Source: Candidatus Falkowbacteria bacterium
GTDB lineage: Bacteria; Patescibacteriota; Patescibacteriia; UBA11705; JABHMO01
Assembly (NCBI GenBank): GCA_018674305.1
Contig: JABHAL010000013.1
Location: forward strand, 8,553 to 72,552
DNA length: 64,000 nt
Direction: 5' to 3'
Part shown: positions 8,831 through 19,955 of the stretch, piece after piece
Layout of the letters: each line of letters opens with the position of its first letter
Numbering within the stretch: position 1 is the first letter of the stretch
Made by a program: the position numbers and the translations under genes
Notes under the pieces: generated by a model
Seen by the model: only the letters and a program-made list of their open reading frames with translations
Told to the model about the DNA's origin: nothing
Database searches by the model: none

Positions 8831-10918
8831 ATGTCGAGAGAATATTCATTAGAAAATACTAGAAATATTGGGATTATTGCCCATATTGACGCAGGTAAAA
8901 CAACAGTTACTGAGCGTATTTTATTTTATACAGGAAAAAAACATAAGATTGGAGAAGTTCATGAAGGTGGAGCTGAAATGGACTGGATGGAACAAGAGAA
9001 AGAGCGTGGTATTACTATTACTTCTGCTGCTACAACTTGTTTCTGGAATGATAAGAGAATTAATATTATTGACACTCCTGGTCACGTAGATTTCACTGCC
9101 GAAGTAGAACGTTCTTTGAGAGTTCTTGATGGTGGTGTTATTGTTTTTGATGGAGTAGCTGGAGTTGAACCGCAATCTGAAACGGTTTGGCATCAAGCGG
9201 TTAAATATAGTGTCCCACGAATGGGTTTTATCAATAAGATGGATCGCATGGGCGCGGATTTTTATGCCGACATGGAGTCTATTTATGATAGATTAACTAA
9301 GAATGCTCACCCTATTCAATTACCAATCGGAGCAGCTGAGACATTTAAGGGGATCATTGACTTATTCAAAATGAAAGCTTTTGTCTATGAAGATGACATG
9401 GGAATTAAAATCTTGGAAATTGATATTCCTGAAGACATGGAGGCCAAGTCTAAAGAGTATAGAGATAAATTAGTTGAAGCTATTGTCGAACATGATGAGG
9501 TTTTGATGGATAAATATTTAGCAGGTGAGGAAATCCCAGTCGAAGATTTAAAAAGAGTCTTACGAGTGGCTACTATTGAAAATAAAATTGTACCTATCTT
9601 GGTTGGTAGTGCTTTGAAAAATAAAGGTGTTCAAATGCTTTTAGATGCAATTGTTGAATTTTTACCATCACCGCTCGATATCCCACCATTACAAGCAACT
9701 GACGCAAAGGATGAAGAAAAGTTGGTTGAAATAAAGCCAAATGATGAAGATCCTTTTGCTGGCTTGGCATTTAAAATTGCCACAGATCCTTATGTCGGTA
9801 AATTATGTTTCATTCGTGTTTACTCAGGCATTTTGAAATCAGGTTCATATATTGTTAATGTTAATACTGGTGAAAAGGGGAGAGTTGGTCGGCTAGTAAG
9901 AATGCATGCAAATCATCGCGAAGAAGTTACAGAAGTTTATGCTGGGGAAATTGCAGCTGTGATTGGATTAAAAAATACTTTTACTGGACATACACTATGT
10001 GCTGAGGAGCGTGAAGTTATTCTAGAAAATATTACTTTCCCAGAACCGGTAATTTCTGTGGCGATTGAACCAAAGACAAAGGTTGACCAGGAAAAAATGG
10101 GAATGGCTTTACAAAAGTTGTCAGAAGAAGATCCAACTTTTAGGGTTCGAACTGACGATGAGACTATGCAGACTATCATTGCTGGTATGGGAGAGTTACA
10201 TTTAGAAATTCTTGTTGATCGAATGAAGAGAGAGTTTAAAGTGGAAGCTAATATTGGTGCACCGCAAGTAGCTTATAAAGAAACTATTAAAAAAACAGCA
10301 GAAGCAGAAGGAAAATATGTTCGTCAGTCAGGTGGTCGTGGTCAGTATGGTCATTGTAGACTTCGAGTGTCGCCTAGAGAAGCCGGAGAAGGTTTTGAGT
10401 TTGTTGACGAGGTCAAAGGTGGTGTTATTCCACGAGAATATATTCCAGCTGTCCAAAAAGGAATTAAGGAAGCAATGGATAAAGGTGTTTTAGCTGGGTA
10501 TCCTATGATTGATATTCAGGCAGTTGTTTATGATGGATCTTTTCATGAAGTTGATTCATCAGAATCAGCCTTTAAGATTGCTGGATCAATTGCTTTTCAG
10601 GATGCTGTTAAAAAAGCAAACCTGGTTTTACTTGAACCAGTAATGAAAGTGGAAGCAACAATACCGGAAAAATATTTAGGTGATGTGGTTGGTGATTTAA
10701 ATTCCAAACGTGCTCAGATTAGTGAAATGCGTGATCGCGGAAATGCCAAGGTTATTGATGCAGAAGTTCCTCTATCTGAAATGTTTGGTTATGCCACTAC
10801 ACTCCGATCAGTAACTCAAGGTCGTGGTAGTTATTCAATGGAATTTTTAAAGTATTCCGATGTTCCGGCAAATGTAGTTGAAAAGATTATGAATTCAAAA
10901 AATAGTGATAAAAAGTAA
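8831..10918 (+). CDS. fusA: elongation factor G
   Basis: [17 protein letters not shown] and NKMDR GTPase motifs. 695 aa, in the str operon position. Confidence 0.97.
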   Translation: MSREYSLENTRNIGIIAHIDAGKTTVTERILFYTGKKHKIGEVHEGGAEMDWMEQEKERGITITSAATTCFWNDKRINIIDTPGHVDFTAEVERSLRVLDGGVIVFDGVAGVEPQSETVWHQAVKYSVPRMGFINKMDRMGADFYADMESIYDRLTKNAHPIQLPIGAAETFKGIIDLFKMKAFVYEDDMGIKILEIDIPEDMEAKSKEYRDKLVEAIVEHDEVLMDKYLAGEEIPVEDLKRVLRVATIENKIVPILVGSALKNKGVQMLLDAIVEFLPSPLDIPPLQATDAKDEEKLVEIKPNDEDPFAGLAFKIATDPYVGKLCFIRVYSGILKSGSYIVNVNTGEKGRVGRLVRMHANHREEVTEVYAGEIAAVIGLKNTFTGHTLCAEEREVILENITFPEPVISVAIEPKTKVDQEKMGMALQKLSEEDPTFRVRTDDETMQTIIAGMGELHLEILVDRMKREFKVEANIGAPQVAYKETIKKTAEAEGKYVRQSGGRGQYGHCRLRVSPREAGEGFEFVDEVKGGVIPREYIPAVQKGIKEAMDKGVLAGYPMIDIQAVVYDGSFHEVDSSESAFKIAGSIAFQDAVKKANLVLLEPVMKVEATIPEKYLGDVVGDLNSKRAQISEMRDRGNAKVIDAEVPLSEMFGYATTLRSVTQGRGSYSMEFLKYSDVPANVVEKIMNSKNSDKK

Positions 10919-10922
10919 ACAT

Positions 10923-11213
10923 ATGTTAAGTTGGCAAAAAATTGTTAACTTGTTGAGAAAAAATAACGACAAATTGGTGGTTTTTGATAGTGAGAGCGGA
11001 GAGGCCTATGTTGTTTTGCCTCATCAACAATACGAAAAACTTGCCGGTCAGGTCGAGGGCGAAAATGATTTATCCGAAGAGCAACTTTTGGATAGTATAA
11101 ATCGCGACATAGAAACCTGGCAGTCTAGCGAAGAAATGGAAGAGCTTATTGAGCAAGCTGAAGTTAAGGAAGAGTCAGGTGATGATTATTATTACATTGA
11201 ACCTGTTGAATAA
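10923..11213 (+). CDS. hypothetical acidic protein (about 96 aa)
   Basis: ORF between fusA and tuf. The C-terminal half is strongly acidic (EEQLLDS..EEMEELIEQAEVKEESGDDYYYIEPVE). The alternative start at 10905 would overlap the fusA stop. Confidence 0.35.
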   Translation: MLSWQKIVNLLRKNNDKLVVFDSESGEAYVVLPHQQYEKLAGQVEGENDLSEEQLLDSINRDIETWQSSEEMEELIEQAEVKEESGDDYYYIEPVE

Positions 11214-11216
11214 AGC

Positions 11217-11244
11217 TTGCAATTATCATTTTTTATGATATAAT
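11217..11244 (+). promoter_or_regulatory. candidate tuf promoter (TTGCAA-16-TGaTATAAT)
   Basis: -35 ttgcaa 11217-11222, a 16-nt spacer and an extended -10 tgatataat at 11236-11244. tuf also has a strong SD (taAGGAGaataatacaATG). Confidence 0.5.
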
Positions 11245-11341
11245 AGCCTCACTTAAATTAATTTAATAAAAAATAATTAAACAGGCGACTGGATTATAAC
11301 TCCGATATTAATTTGGAGGTCGTCTTAAGGAGAATAATACA

Positions 11342-12535
11342 ATGGCAGCAGAAGTATTTGAAAGAACTAAACCCCATGTAAATGTGGGAACAATTGGTCA
11401 CGTTGACCACGGTAAGACAACTTTAACAGCAGCTATCTTAAAGTATCTTATTGGTAAGGGTGGAGTAGCTCAGAATAAAGACGTTAGTCAAATTGACGCA
11501 GCGCCTGAAGAAAAAGCTCGTGGTATTACAATTGCTACAGCTCATGTTGAGTATGAGACTGAAAATCGTCACTATGCTCACGTTGATTGTCCAGGTCATG
11601 CTGATTATGTAAAAAACATGATTACTGGAGCAGCCCAAATGGACGGCGCAATTTTGGTCGTAGCTGCTACAGATGGTCCTATGCCACAAACTAGAGAACA
11701 TATTTTGTTGGCTAGACAGGTTGGTGTCCCATCAATTGTTGTTTTTCTAAACAAAACCGATTTAGTTGATGATAAGGAATTGATCGATTTAGTTGAAGAA
11801 GAAGTTCGTGATTTATTAAAAAAATACGAATTCCCTGGAGATGAAACTCCAATTGTTAGAGGATCAGCTTTGAAGGTGTTAGAAGATCCTGCTAGTGAAG
11901 ATTCAGTTAAGTCTATGCAAGAATTAATGGAAGCTCTAGATACATTTATTCCAGAACCAAAAAGAGATATTGATAAGGATTTTTTAATGCCAATCGAAGA
12001 CGTGTTTTCAATTGAAGGACGTGGAACTGTAGTGACTGGTAGAATAGAAAGAGGTATTGTTAAAGTTAATGAAGAAATAGAGATTGTTGGTATTCGTGAT
12101 AATCAAAAAACAATCGTAACCGGTGTGGAAATGTTTAATAAGACCTTGAATGAAGGTCGCGCTGGTGATAATGCAGGTATTCTGCTACGTGGTTTGAAAA
12201 AGGACCAAGTAGAAAGAGGGCAGGTTTTGTCTAAGCCAGGTACAGTTAAACCTCATACAGAATTCCAATGCGAAGTTTATGTATTGTCAAAAGATGAAGG
12301 TGGTAGACACAAACCATTTTTCAAGGGATATAAACCACAGTTTTACATGAGAACAACAGATGTTACTGGTGAAGTCTTCTTACCTGAAGGTACAGAGATG
12401 GTTATGCCTGGTGACACTGTAAACTTGGACGTTAAGTTAATTACTCCAATTGCCTTAGAAGAATCACAAAGATTTGCTATTCGAGAAGGTGGTAGAACTA
12501 TTGGTGCTGGAGTGATAAGTAAAATTACTAAATAA
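11342..12535 (+). CDS. tuf: elongation factor Tu
   Basis: [18 protein letters not shown] and NKTD motifs. 397 aa. Confidence 0.97.
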   Translation: MAAEVFERTKPHVNVGTIGHVDHGKTTLTAAILKYLIGKGGVAQNKDVSQIDAAPEEKARGITIATAHVEYETENRHYAHVDCPGHADYVKNMITGAAQMDGAILVVAATDGPMPQTREHILLARQVGVPSIVVFLNKTDLVDDKELIDLVEEEVRDLLKKYEFPGDETPIVRGSALKVLEDPASEDSVKSMQELMEALDTFIPEPKRDIDKDFLMPIEDVFSIEGRGTVVTGRIERGIVKVNEEIEIVGIRDNQKTIVTGVEMFNKTLNEGRAGDNAGILLRGLKKDQVERGQVLSKPGTVKPHTEFQCEVYVLSKDEGGRHKPFFKGYKPQFYMRTTDVTGEVFLPEGTEMVMPGDTVNLDVKLITPIALEESQRFAIREGGRTIGAGVISKITK

Positions 12536-12547
12536 CTTTTATAGGCA

Positions 12548-12898
12548 ATGACAGACACAAAACAACCTAAAAAGTTAGAAGGCAACCTAGATGCTGTTCA
12601 AAGAATCAGGATCAAGATTAAAGCCTACGATCATAAAATAATTGATCAATCTACACAGACCATTATCGAAGCTGGAGAAAGAACTGGTGCTACTATCAAG
12701 GGCCCTATTCCTTTGCCAGTGGAAAAGAAAAAATACACGGTTAACCGATCAACCTTTGTTCATAAGGATGCTCGAGACCAGTATGAAATGAGAATTCACA
12801 AAAGATTGATTGATATTTTAAGTCCTAGTGCTAAAACCATTGATTCTTTAATGAATTTGAACCTGCCAGCAGGTGTGGATATTGAGATAAAAATGTAG
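12548..12898 (+). CDS. rpsJ: 30S ribosomal protein S10
   Basis: 116 aa. [18 protein letters not shown].....TGA.I.GPIPLP......[24 protein letters not shown] matches S10. Confidence 0.95.
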   Translation: MTDTKQPKKLEGNLDAVQRIRIKIKAYDHKIIDQSTQTIIEAGERTGATIKGPIPLPVEKKKYTVNRSTFVHKDARDQYEMRIHKRLIDILSPSAKTIDSLMNLNLPAGVDIEIKM

Positions 12899-12935
12899 GT
12901 AATTTTAGCCATTTTTTCTTGAATATTCTAAGGCC

Positions 12936-12964
12936 TTGACAAAACTTTGATTCTATATTAAAAT
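12936..12964 (+). promoter_or_regulatory. sigma70-like promoter (TTGACA-17-TAAAAT) for rplC operon
   Basis: ttgaca at 12936-12941, a 17-nt spacer and taaaat at 12959-12964, inside the 282-nt rpsJ-rplC gap. Confidence 0.5.
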
Positions 12965-13122
12965 TTTACTGAAATAAGCTAATAATTGGTTATATGTCAG
13001 TGATTGGAGCTTTAGTAACCGTCAAACTTTGACGAAGTGCCAGAGAACTGTTCATCGGCATTAGGAAATTGCTATTGAAAAGTTTAGTATCTAAATTTGA
13101 TCGACTTAATATAAACCGGTAA

Positions 13123-13157
13123 GGGGCCGGGCTTTAAGTCCGCCCCTTTTTGTTTTT
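13123..13157 (+). terminator. rho-independent terminator/attenuator hairpin in rplC leader
   Basis: The GC-rich stem GGGGCCGGGC..ttaagt..CCGCCCC is followed by TTTTTGTTTTT. It lies downstream of the promoter and about 25 nt upstream of the rplC ATG. Confidence 0.55.
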
Positions 13158-13180
13158 CTCAAAATTATAAGTTAGTTAAT

Positions 13181-14029
13181 ATGAAATTCATAATTGGTAA
13201 AAAATTAGACATGACACAAAAGTTTACCGAAGACGGTAAAGTAGTGCCAGTGACCAGAATCGTAGCTGGTCCATGTTTTGTGACTGCCAAAAATAAATAT
13301 ATTGACCATAAGGGAATTCAGATAGCTTGGGAAAAAGTCGATACAAAAAAAGTTTCTAAACCACAAAACGTGATTTTCAAAAAAATATTCAAGAAGGATG
13401 TTGCATATAGAAGATTAAAGGAATTCAAGGTTTCAAATGATGACGCTATGTACGATAAACTTGAAGTTGGGCAAGAGATTAATGTTGGTATTTTTCAAGT
13501 AGGGGACGTTGTTAAGATTAAAGGACATTCCAAAGGTAAAGGTTTTCAGGGTGTAGTTAAACGCCACGGTTTCAAAGGTTCTCCAGCTTCACATGGTCAT
13601 AAAGATCAGCTGAGAATGCCAGGTTCCATTGGTGCCACTGGGCCAGCTCACGTATTTAAAGGCACTCGAATGGGTGGACACATGGGAGATCAATCAGCTA
13701 CTTTGCCGAGTGTGGAAATTGTCGAAATATTACCTGAAACAAATGAAATTTATATCAAAGGAGCAGTTCCAGGTGCACGTAATAGTCTTTTGTATATAAA
13801 GATTGAAGGTGATTTTGAATTACCTAAAAAAGAAGAAGTTAAGTCAGAAGAAGTTAAACCAGTAGCTACTGAGAAGAAGGTAGAAGAAGTTAAATCTGTT
13901 GAAGAAAAAAAATCCGAACCAACCCCTGAGTTAACCAAGGAGGATGTTAAAATTAAAGAACCAAAAGTTGATAATAAAAAAGACGTTTTAGTAAAAGATT
14001 CAGCGAAGAGTGAAGAAGTAAAGGAATAA
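13181..14029 (+). CDS. rplC: 50S ribosomal protein L3 with ~70-aa K/E-rich C-terminal extension
   Basis: L3 core (VAGPCFVT...FKGSPASHGHKDQLRMPGSIGATGPAHVFKGTRMGGHMG). The tail EEVKSEEVKPVATEKKVEEVKSVEEKK... is absent from typical ~210-aa L3. Confidence 0.93.
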   Translation: MKFIIGKKLDMTQKFTEDGKVVPVTRIVAGPCFVTAKNKYIDHKGIQIAWEKVDTKKVSKPQNVIFKKIFKKDVAYRRLKEFKVSNDDAMYDKLEVGQEINVGIFQVGDVVKIKGHSKGKGFQGVVKRHGFKGSPASHGHKDQLRMPGSIGATGPAHVFKGTRMGGHMGDQSATLPSVEIVEILPETNEIYIKGAVPGARNSLLYIKIEGDFELPKKEEVKSEEVKPVATEKKVEEVKSVEEKKSEPTPELTKEDVKIKEPKVDNKKDVLVKDSAKSEEVKE

Positions 14030-14061
14030 GAAATTATTATTTTACTTCTTCATTTTTATAT

Positions 14062-14694
14062 ATGATTAAAGCCAAATTATACAACCAAGCAGGAGAAGAA
14101 AAAGGAGAAGTGAAATTAAATCCTGAAATTTTTGGTATGACAGTAAGTGATGAATTGGTTCGCCAAGCTTTGGTTGCTGTAATGGCCAACAAAAGACAAG
14201 TTATTGCCCACTCCAAAGATCGTAGTGAAGTTCGTGGTGGTGGTCGTAAACCTTGGAAACAAAAAGGTACAGGTAGAGCAAGACATGGTTCAACCCGATC
14301 TCCTATTTGGAAAGGTGGTGGTGTAACCTTTGGTCCGCGAAATGTGAGAAATTTCAGTAAAGACATTAATAAAAAAATGAAGGTCAAGGCGGTATTAATG
14401 GTTTTGTCTGACAAAGCGAATAATCAAGCAATAAAAATTTTGGAAAAATTAGAAATGACTGAACCTAAAACTAAAAAATTTGCAGATTTAACAAAAAATA
14501 TAAAAATGGAAAAGAGCGGATTAATAGTTCTTGATAAGATGGATAAGAAAATTGCGTTATCTGTTAGTAATATTCCCAAAGTTGAAGTTATTGCTGCAGA
14601 CAGTTTGAATATTTATGATTTATTGAAGTATAATCACACGATAATCACCAAACAGGCTTTGGCAAAACTTGAAGAGGTTTTTCTAAAGAAATAA
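14062..14694 (+). CDS. rplD: 50S ribosomal protein L4
   Basis: 210 aa. [26 protein letters not shown] core motif. Confidence 0.9.
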   Translation: [210 protein letters not shown]

Positions 14695-14698
14695 AAAT

Positions 14699-15202
14699 AT
14701 GAGCGGTATATTAAATAAAATATTTAAGGCGGATGATCAGAAGAAAAAGACTGATTCTGTAAAAGAAGTTAAAACTGATAAAAAAGAAACAGTTAAGGTT
14801 AAAGATACTCAAAAATCAGTAGCAACTGCAACGCCTGTCACAAAAGCACCAATTAAGGTTGCGTCAACTCCAGTCAAGGAAGTGGCTAAACCTATTAAGG
14901 TTCAAAGAAAAGATGATGCTGGTGCATATAAAATTTTGTTACAGCCGTTGGTTACTGAGAAAGCAACTGATTTAATGCAATATAACAAATATTGTTTCTT
15001 GGTAGCACTTACTGCTAATAAGAGTGAAGTTGCTAAGACAATAATGAATGTTTATGGTGTTAAGCCAGCAAAAGTAAATTTTATCAAGAAACAAGGTAAA
15101 CGAGTGCGTTATGGTAGAATTTTTGGAAAGACCAAAAGAACCAAAAAGGCTATTATTACACTACGACCTGGTGATAAAATGGAGATTTACGAAGGAGTTT
15201 AA
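14699..15202 (+). CDS. rplW: 50S ribosomal protein L23 with ~75-aa K-rich N-terminal extension
   Basis: The C-terminal ~95 aa match L23 (ILLQPLVTEKAT......YCF.V...ANK.EV......YGVKPAKVN). The N-terminal KT/KV-rich segment is extra. Confidence 0.85.
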   Translation: MSGILNKIFKADDQKKKTDSVKEVKTDKKETVKVKDTQKSVATATPVTKAPIKVASTPVKEVAKPIKVQRKDDAGAYKILLQPLVTEKATDLMQYNKYCFLVALTANKSEVAKTIMNVYGVKPAKVNFIKKQGKRVRYGRIFGKTKRTKKAIITLRPGDKMEIYEGV

Positions 15203-15211
15203 TTAGTCAAT

Positions 15212-16057
15212 ATGGCAATAAAAGTATACAAACCAATATCAAATGCTAGACGAAAAATGAGTATAATCGATTCGTCTGACTACACAAAGAAAAAACCAGA
15301 GAAAAAACTTCTGCGTGTTTTGAAGAAAAGTGGTGGCCGAAATAATACTGGTCGAATTACTGTTCGTCATCGTGGTGGTGGAGCAAAGCGTTTATATAGG
15401 TTAATTGATTTCAAAAGAGATAAATTTGATATTCCAGCAAAGGTTACAGCTATTGAGTATGATCCAAGTCGATCATCTAGAATTGCACTTTTAGTTTATC
15501 ATGATGGTGACAAGCGATATATCATTGCCCCGGCTAATTTGAAGGTAGGTGATCAAGTTATTTCTTCAAAAGCAAAGGTTGAGATACAGGTTGGTAATGC
15601 AACTCAATTGGAAAATATTCCTGTAGGAATGTTGATTTCAAATATTGAACTTGTTCCAGGTAGGGGCGCAGAGATGGCTCGTAGCGCTGGAGCATGGTGT
15701 AAGCTAATGGCAGTTGAAGGCAAGTATGCACAATTGCGTTTACCATCTTCTGAGATTCGTTTAGTTCCAAAGGAATGTTTTGCTACAATTGGCCAGGTAA
15801 GTAATCCTGAACATATGCATGTGAAGATTGGTAAAGCTGGTAGAAAAAGACACATGGGATTCCGACCGACTGTACGTGGTAAGGCCATGAACCCAGTTGA
15901 TCATCCTCATGGTGGTGGAGAAGGTAGTAACCCAATTGGAATGAAACATCCGAAAACGCCGTGGGGTAAGCCGGCTTTAGGAGTGAGAACAAGAGCAAAA
16001 AATAAACAATCAGATAAATTAATATTAACTAGACGCAAGAAAAAGCGTAAAAAGTAA
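15212..16057 (+). CDS. rplB: 50S ribosomal protein L2
   Basis: [28 protein letters not shown] and HPHGGGEG motifs. Confidence 0.96.
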   Translation: MAIKVYKPISNARRKMSIIDSSDYTKKKPEKKLLRVLKKSGGRNNTGRITVRHRGGGAKRLYRLIDFKRDKFDIPAKVTAIEYDPSRSSRIALLVYHDGDKRYIIAPANLKVGDQVISSKAKVEIQVGNATQLENIPVGMLISNIELVPGRGAEMARSAGAWCKLMAVEGKYAQLRLPSSEIRLVPKECFATIGQVSNPEHMHVKIGKAGRKRHMGFRPTVRGKAMNPVDHPHGGGEGSNPIGMKHPKTPWGKPALGVRTRAKNKQSDKLILTRRKKKRKK

Positions 16058-16105
16058 TTAATGTAGATATAGCAGATATTCTGTGAATTCTACTTATAAA
16101 TAAAT

Positions 16106-16390
16106 ATGTCAAGAAGTCTAAAAAAAGGACCATACATAGATGCAAAACTATTAAAGAAGGTCGGTGTAGCTAAACCCGGTGATGTTATTAAAACCTGGGC
16201 TAGAAGCGCAGTTGTGACACCTGAAATGGTAGGTTATATTTTTGCTGTACATAATGGCAAGGACTTTATTGAAGTATCTGTAGTAGAAAACATGGTTGGC
16301 CATAAGCTTGGTGAGTTTTCACCAACGAGAAAGTTTTTCTCACATGGTGGTAAAATGGCCAAGACTCAAATGAAAGGTGGTAAAAAGTAA
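16106..16390 (+). CDS. rpsS: 30S ribosomal protein S19
   Basis: [13 protein letters not shown]........KTW.R...V.PEMVG.....HNGK.F....[19 protein letters not shown]. Confidence 0.95.
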   Translation: MSRSLKKGPYIDAKLLKKVGVAKPGDVIKTWARSAVVTPEMVGYIFAVHNGKDFIEVSVVENMVGHKLGEFSPTRKFFSHGGKMAKTQMKGGKK

Positions 16391-16399
16391 TTATATTAT

Positions 16400-16996
16400 A
16401 TGCAAGTGAAAGCAAAAGCAAAATACATCAGGATTTCTCCTAGAAAAGCTAGACTAGTTGTTGACTTAGTTAGAGGTTTGGATTTGCAAGCAGCTCTTGA
16501 TAAATTAGCAGTGACTAACAAGAAAGCTGTTCGTTTTGTAGATAAACTTTTGAAGTCTGCTTTAGCTAATGCCGAGCACAATTTAGAATTAAAAAAAGAC
16601 AATTTATATATTAAGGAATTAAAAGTTGACGAAGGCCCAACCTTTTATCGTTGGATGCCACGTGCGTTTGGACGGGCAACACCATTGAGAAAGAGAACCT
16701 CTATGATTTCAGTTATTCTTGATGAGCGGGTGCCAACTGAGAAAAAAGTTACTGAAAAAGGATCTAAAAAAATTGAAACTGTAAAAGTAGACCAAAAAAC
16801 AACTGATCAAATAAAACAAAAAGTAGATGTTTCTAAGAAGGATACTGATTTGAAGGATGTTGATGCTGAGAAAAAGGATGATCAGCATGATGTTAAACGT
16901 AAGGGTGGACAACGCGATATGCAACAACAAGATCGTATGCAAAAAAAGGAAAAAGGATTATTTAAAAAAATGTTCAGACGTAAGTCTGGCATGTAA
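16400..16996 (+). CDS. rplV: 50S ribosomal protein L22 with ~85-aa K/D-rich C-terminal extension
   Basis: N-terminal ~110 aa have the L22 fold signature (ISPRKARLVVDLVRG....AL..L.......A..V.K.L.SA.ANAE). The C-terminal KKDTDLKDVDAEKKDDQ... tail is extra. Confidence 0.9.
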   Translation: MQVKAKAKYIRISPRKARLVVDLVRGLDLQAALDKLAVTNKKAVRFVDKLLKSALANAEHNLELKKDNLYIKELKVDEGPTFYRWMPRAFGRATPLRKRTSMISVILDERVPTEKKVTEKGSKKIETVKVDQKTTDQIKQKVDVSKKDTDLKDVDAEKKDDQHDVKRKGGQRDMQQQDRMQKKEKGLFKKMFRRKSGM

Positions 16997-17011
16997 AATT
17001 TCGTAAGTTAT

Positions 17012-17719
17012 ATGGGTAAAAAAATAAATCCAATTATATTTCGTCTGAAACAAACTAGAACTTGGGATTCTCGGTGGTTTGCTAGTAAAGGAAATTATAC
17101 AAAGTTTTTAAAACAGGACATCGAAATAAAAGAATATTTAAAGAAAAAATTACTTAATGCCTTTGTTTCAACAGTTAATATTGAAAGAACTAGCAAGGAC
17201 ATGAATATTATTATTTATTCTGCTAGACCGGGTGTAATTATAGGTCGTAGTGGTGTTGGAATTGACGAGTTGAAAAAGCATATAAAAATGAAATTTTTAA
17301 AAGATAGAAAAGCAAAGTTAAATATAAACATTAAGGAAGTTAGCAACCCTAATTTAGATGCCATGATTGTTGCAAATAACCTTAAATTTGATATTGAAAA
17401 ACGTTTTCCTTTCCGAAGAGCAATGAAACAAGCATTAGGAAAAGTTGAACGAGCAGGAGCAAAGGGTGTTAAAATAGAAATGGCAGGAAGATTAAATGGT
17501 GTAGAAATTGCACGTAATGAAAAGTTGATTTCCGGAAAAGTTCCTTTGCACACTTTAAGAGCGGATATTGACTACGCAAATGTTAAAGCTTTTACTATAT
17601 TTGGTGTAATCGGTATCAAGGTGTGGATTTACCGTGGTGATATTTTTGAAAAAAAAGCTAAAGTTAAAAATGTTAAAAATAATGATTCAGTAAGTCAAGA
17701 AACAAAAGTAAGTAAGTAA
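17012..17719 (+). CDS. rpsC: 30S ribosomal protein S3
   Basis: [10 protein letters not shown]......W.S.WFA KH and other S3 motifs. Short K-rich C-terminal tail. Confidence 0.95.
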   Translation: MGKKINPIIFRLKQTRTWDSRWFASKGNYTKFLKQDIEIKEYLKKKLLNAFVSTVNIERTSKDMNIIIYSARPGVIIGRSGVGIDELKKHIKMKFLKDRKAKLNINIKEVSNPNLDAMIVANNLKFDIEKRFPFRRAMKQALGKVERAGAKGVKIEMAGRLNGVEIARNEKLISGKVPLHTLRADIDYANVKAFTIFGVIGIKVWIYRGDIFEKKAKVKNVKNNDSVSQETKVSK

Positions 17720-17729
17720 TTTATTATAT

Positions 17730-18146
17730 ATGTTAACTCCCAAGAAAACTAAACACAGAAAATGGCATAAGGGTCGTGGTCGCAATAGGGACACGAAGGC
17801 TTCCAGGGCTACAGAAGTTTCTTTTGGTCAATTTGGATTAAAAGCTACAACGGCTTCTTGGGTTTCTTCTCGACAAATCGAGGCTGCTCGAAGATCGATT
17901 ACTCGTTATGTTAAGCGTGGAGGAAAAGTTTGGATCAGAATTTTCCCAGATAAGCCAGTGACCAGTAAAGGTTCTCAAGCAACTATGGGTAGTGGTAAAG
18001 GTGCACCTGAGTATTTTGTAGCCGTCGTTAGACCTGGAACTGTTATTTTTGAACTAGCGGGTGTAACCGAGGAAATTGCCAAAGAATCAATGCGTTTGGC
18101 TGGACATAAATTACCTGTAAAAACTAAATTTGTAAGTAGAGGATAA
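17730..18146 (+). CDS. rplP: 50S ribosomal protein L16
   Basis: [16 protein letters not shown]......[11 protein letters not shown]......[10 protein letters not shown]...[17 protein letters not shown]. Confidence 0.95.
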   Translation: MLTPKKTKHRKWHKGRGRNRDTKASRATEVSFGQFGLKATTASWVSSRQIEAARRSITRYVKRGGKVWIRIFPDKPVTSKGSQATMGSGKGAPEYFVAVVRPGTVIFELAGVTEEIAKESMRLAGHKLPVKTKFVSRG

Positions 18147-18356
18147 TTGAAGTATATGAAGACAAGAGAATTAGAAAAAAAATCAAGTGAAGAATTAGAA
18201 AAGTTATATATCGATTTTTGTCAAAAAAGACAACAGTTGAATTTTAAAGTTGCCAGTAAGCAATTGAAAAATATTAGAGAAGTAAGAGAGGCGAGAAAAA
18301 CAATTGCTAGGATTCTAACTATTCAAAAGCAACGACAAAGTGAAGAAAAAAAATAA
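18147..18356 (+). CDS. rpmC: 50S ribosomal protein L29
   Basis: 69 aa helical protein in the canonical position between rplP and rpsQ (ELEKKSSEELEKL...QQL). Confidence 0.85.
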   Translation: MKYMKTRELEKKSSEELEKLYIDFCQKRQQLNFKVASKQLKNIREVREARKTIARILTIQKQRQSEEKK

Positions 18357-18374
18357 AGAAACAGTTTTATCAAT

Positions 18375-18629
18375 ATGATTGAAAAAAAAGTAAAATTATC
18401 AAGACAATTAACCGGAACAGTTGTTAGTACCAAGATGGACAAAACTGCAGTAGTTAAGGTTGATCGAGTGGTAAAACATAAAATTTATAAAAAACAATAC
18501 GCTGTAAGTAAAAAATATAAAGCTCATAATGAAAAGGGAGATGTTCGTGTCGGTGATAAGGTTGTTATTCAACAGTGCAGACCAATGAGTAAAGAAAAAT
18601 GTTGGCGAATTTTTAAAAAAGTTAAATAG
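18375..18629 (+). CDS. rpsQ: 30S ribosomal protein S17
   Basis: LTGTVVSTKMDKTAVVKVDRVVKHKIYKK....SKKYKAHNE......GDKVVIQQCRPMSK.K.W. Confidence 0.9.
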   Translation: MIEKKVKLSRQLTGTVVSTKMDKTAVVKVDRVVKHKIYKKQYAVSKKYKAHNEKGDVRVGDKVVIQQCRPMSKEKCWRIFKKVK

Positions 18630-18649
18630 TTTTGTAGATTAATTTATAT

Positions 18650-19021
18650 ATGATTCAACATAGAACAATGGTAAAATCAGCTGATAACTCTGGCGCAAAA
18701 CGCATGCAGTGTATTAGGGTTTTAGATGGTTATAAAAAGCGGTATGCTAGATTGGGTGACGTTATTACTATAACTGTAAAGGAAGCAAAACCGCATAGCA
18801 TGGTTAAGAAAGGTGAAGTTTTGCACGCTGTAGTTGTAAGAACGAGAAAAGAGAGTCGCCGGAATGATGGTTCGTATATTAGATTTGGTGATAACGCAGT
18901 TGTGATTATTGATCGTAAAACAAAAGAGCCTAAAGGGACACGTATATTTGGTCCAGTTGCCCGAGAGGTAAGAAAAAGAGGCTTCAGTAAAATAATTTCA
19001 TTAGCTCCAGAAGTTCTATAA
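18650..19021 (+). CDS. rplN: 50S ribosomal protein L14
   Basis: MIQ..T...ADNSGAK...CI.VLGG.....A.LGD.I...VK.A.P......GEV..AVVVRT.K. Confidence 0.95.
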   Translation: MIQHRTMVKSADNSGAKRMQCIRVLDGYKKRYARLGDVITITVKEAKPHSMVKKGEVLHAVVVRTRKESRRNDGSYIRFGDNAVVIIDRKTKEPKGTRIFGPVAREVRKRGFSKIISLAPEVL

Positions 19022-19033
19022 AGTTATAAATAT

Positions 19034-19393
19034 ATGAGAATAAAAAAAGGTGACAAAGTCCAAATTACAAAGGGTAAAGACCGAGTCAAACGCACAAAAA
19101 AAGGTGAAAAGAAAGAAAAAGGCAACCAAGGCAAAATTGTTCAGGTTTTAAGAACCAAGAAAAAGGTTGTAGTAGACGGTTTAAATTTACGATATAAACA
19201 TGTGCGACCCAAAAGAGAAGGCGAAAAAGGCCAAAGAATTGAATTTCCAGCACCGATTAGTATTTCTAATGTTATGTTGGTATGTCCTAAATGTAGTAAA
19301 GCAACAAGGGTAAGTTATAAATTGCTGGATTCAGATTTAAAAGGTAAGAAAAAAATAAGAATTTGTAAAAAATGTAAAGAAGCTATTGATTAA
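19034..19393 (+). CDS. rplX: 50S ribosomal protein L24 with C-terminal C4 zinc-ribbon
   Basis: KOW motif (IKKGDKVQITKGKDRVK..GKIVQV) plus a C-terminal CPKC...CKKC segment. Confidence 0.85.
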   Translation: MRIKKGDKVQITKGKDRVKRTKKGEKKEKGNQGKIVQVLRTKKKVVVDGLNLRYKHVRPKREGEKGQRIEFPAPISISNVMLVCPKCSKATRVSYKLLDSDLKGKKKIRICKKCKEAID

Positions 19394-19398
19394 TCAAT

Positions 19399-19947
19399 AT
19401 GAATAACCTAAAAAAACAATATAATGATGAAATTGTTCCAGCACTAATGGAAAAGTTTGGTTATAAGAATAAGTTAGCTGTGCCAAATTTGGAAAAAGTA
19501 GTATTGAACGTGGGTGCGGGAAAAGGACTTAAGGATAAAGAATATTTAGTTACAATAAAAAAAACACTAGAATTAATCAGTGGTCAAAAACCAGTTGAAA
19601 CAATTGCTCGTAAATCAATTTCTAATTTCAAGATTAGAGAAGGGATGGTAGTTGGAGCTAAGGTAACTCTACGAGGAAAGAGAATGTGGGATTTTATTGA
19701 AAAACTAGTAAAAGTAACTTGTCCTCGAATCAGAGATTTTCGTGGTTTATCACCAAAAGCGTTTGATAGAAATGGTAATTATTCAATAGGTTTTAATGAG
19801 TATGTTGCTTTTCCTGAAATTATACAGGATGATGTTGAGCGACTACATGGTTTGGAAGTTTGTATAAAAACAACTTCTGATACGGAAGAATTAGGCAAAG
19901 CATTATTAAAAGAATTAGGTTTTCCATTTAAAAAAGAAGATAAATAA
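19399..19947 (+). CDS. rplE: 50S ribosomal protein L5
   Basis: [12 protein letters not shown]......K.......[34 protein letters not shown]...L. Confidence 0.95.
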   Translation: MNNLKKQYNDEIVPALMEKFGYKNKLAVPNLEKVVLNVGAGKGLKDKEYLVTIKKTLELISGQKPVETIARKSISNFKIREGMVVGAKVTLRGKRMWDFIEKLVKVTCPRIRDFRGLSPKAFDRNGNYSIGFNEYVAFPEIIQDDVERLHGLEVCIKTTSDTEELGKALLKELGFPFKKEDK

Positions 19948-19955
19948 TTGTAACT

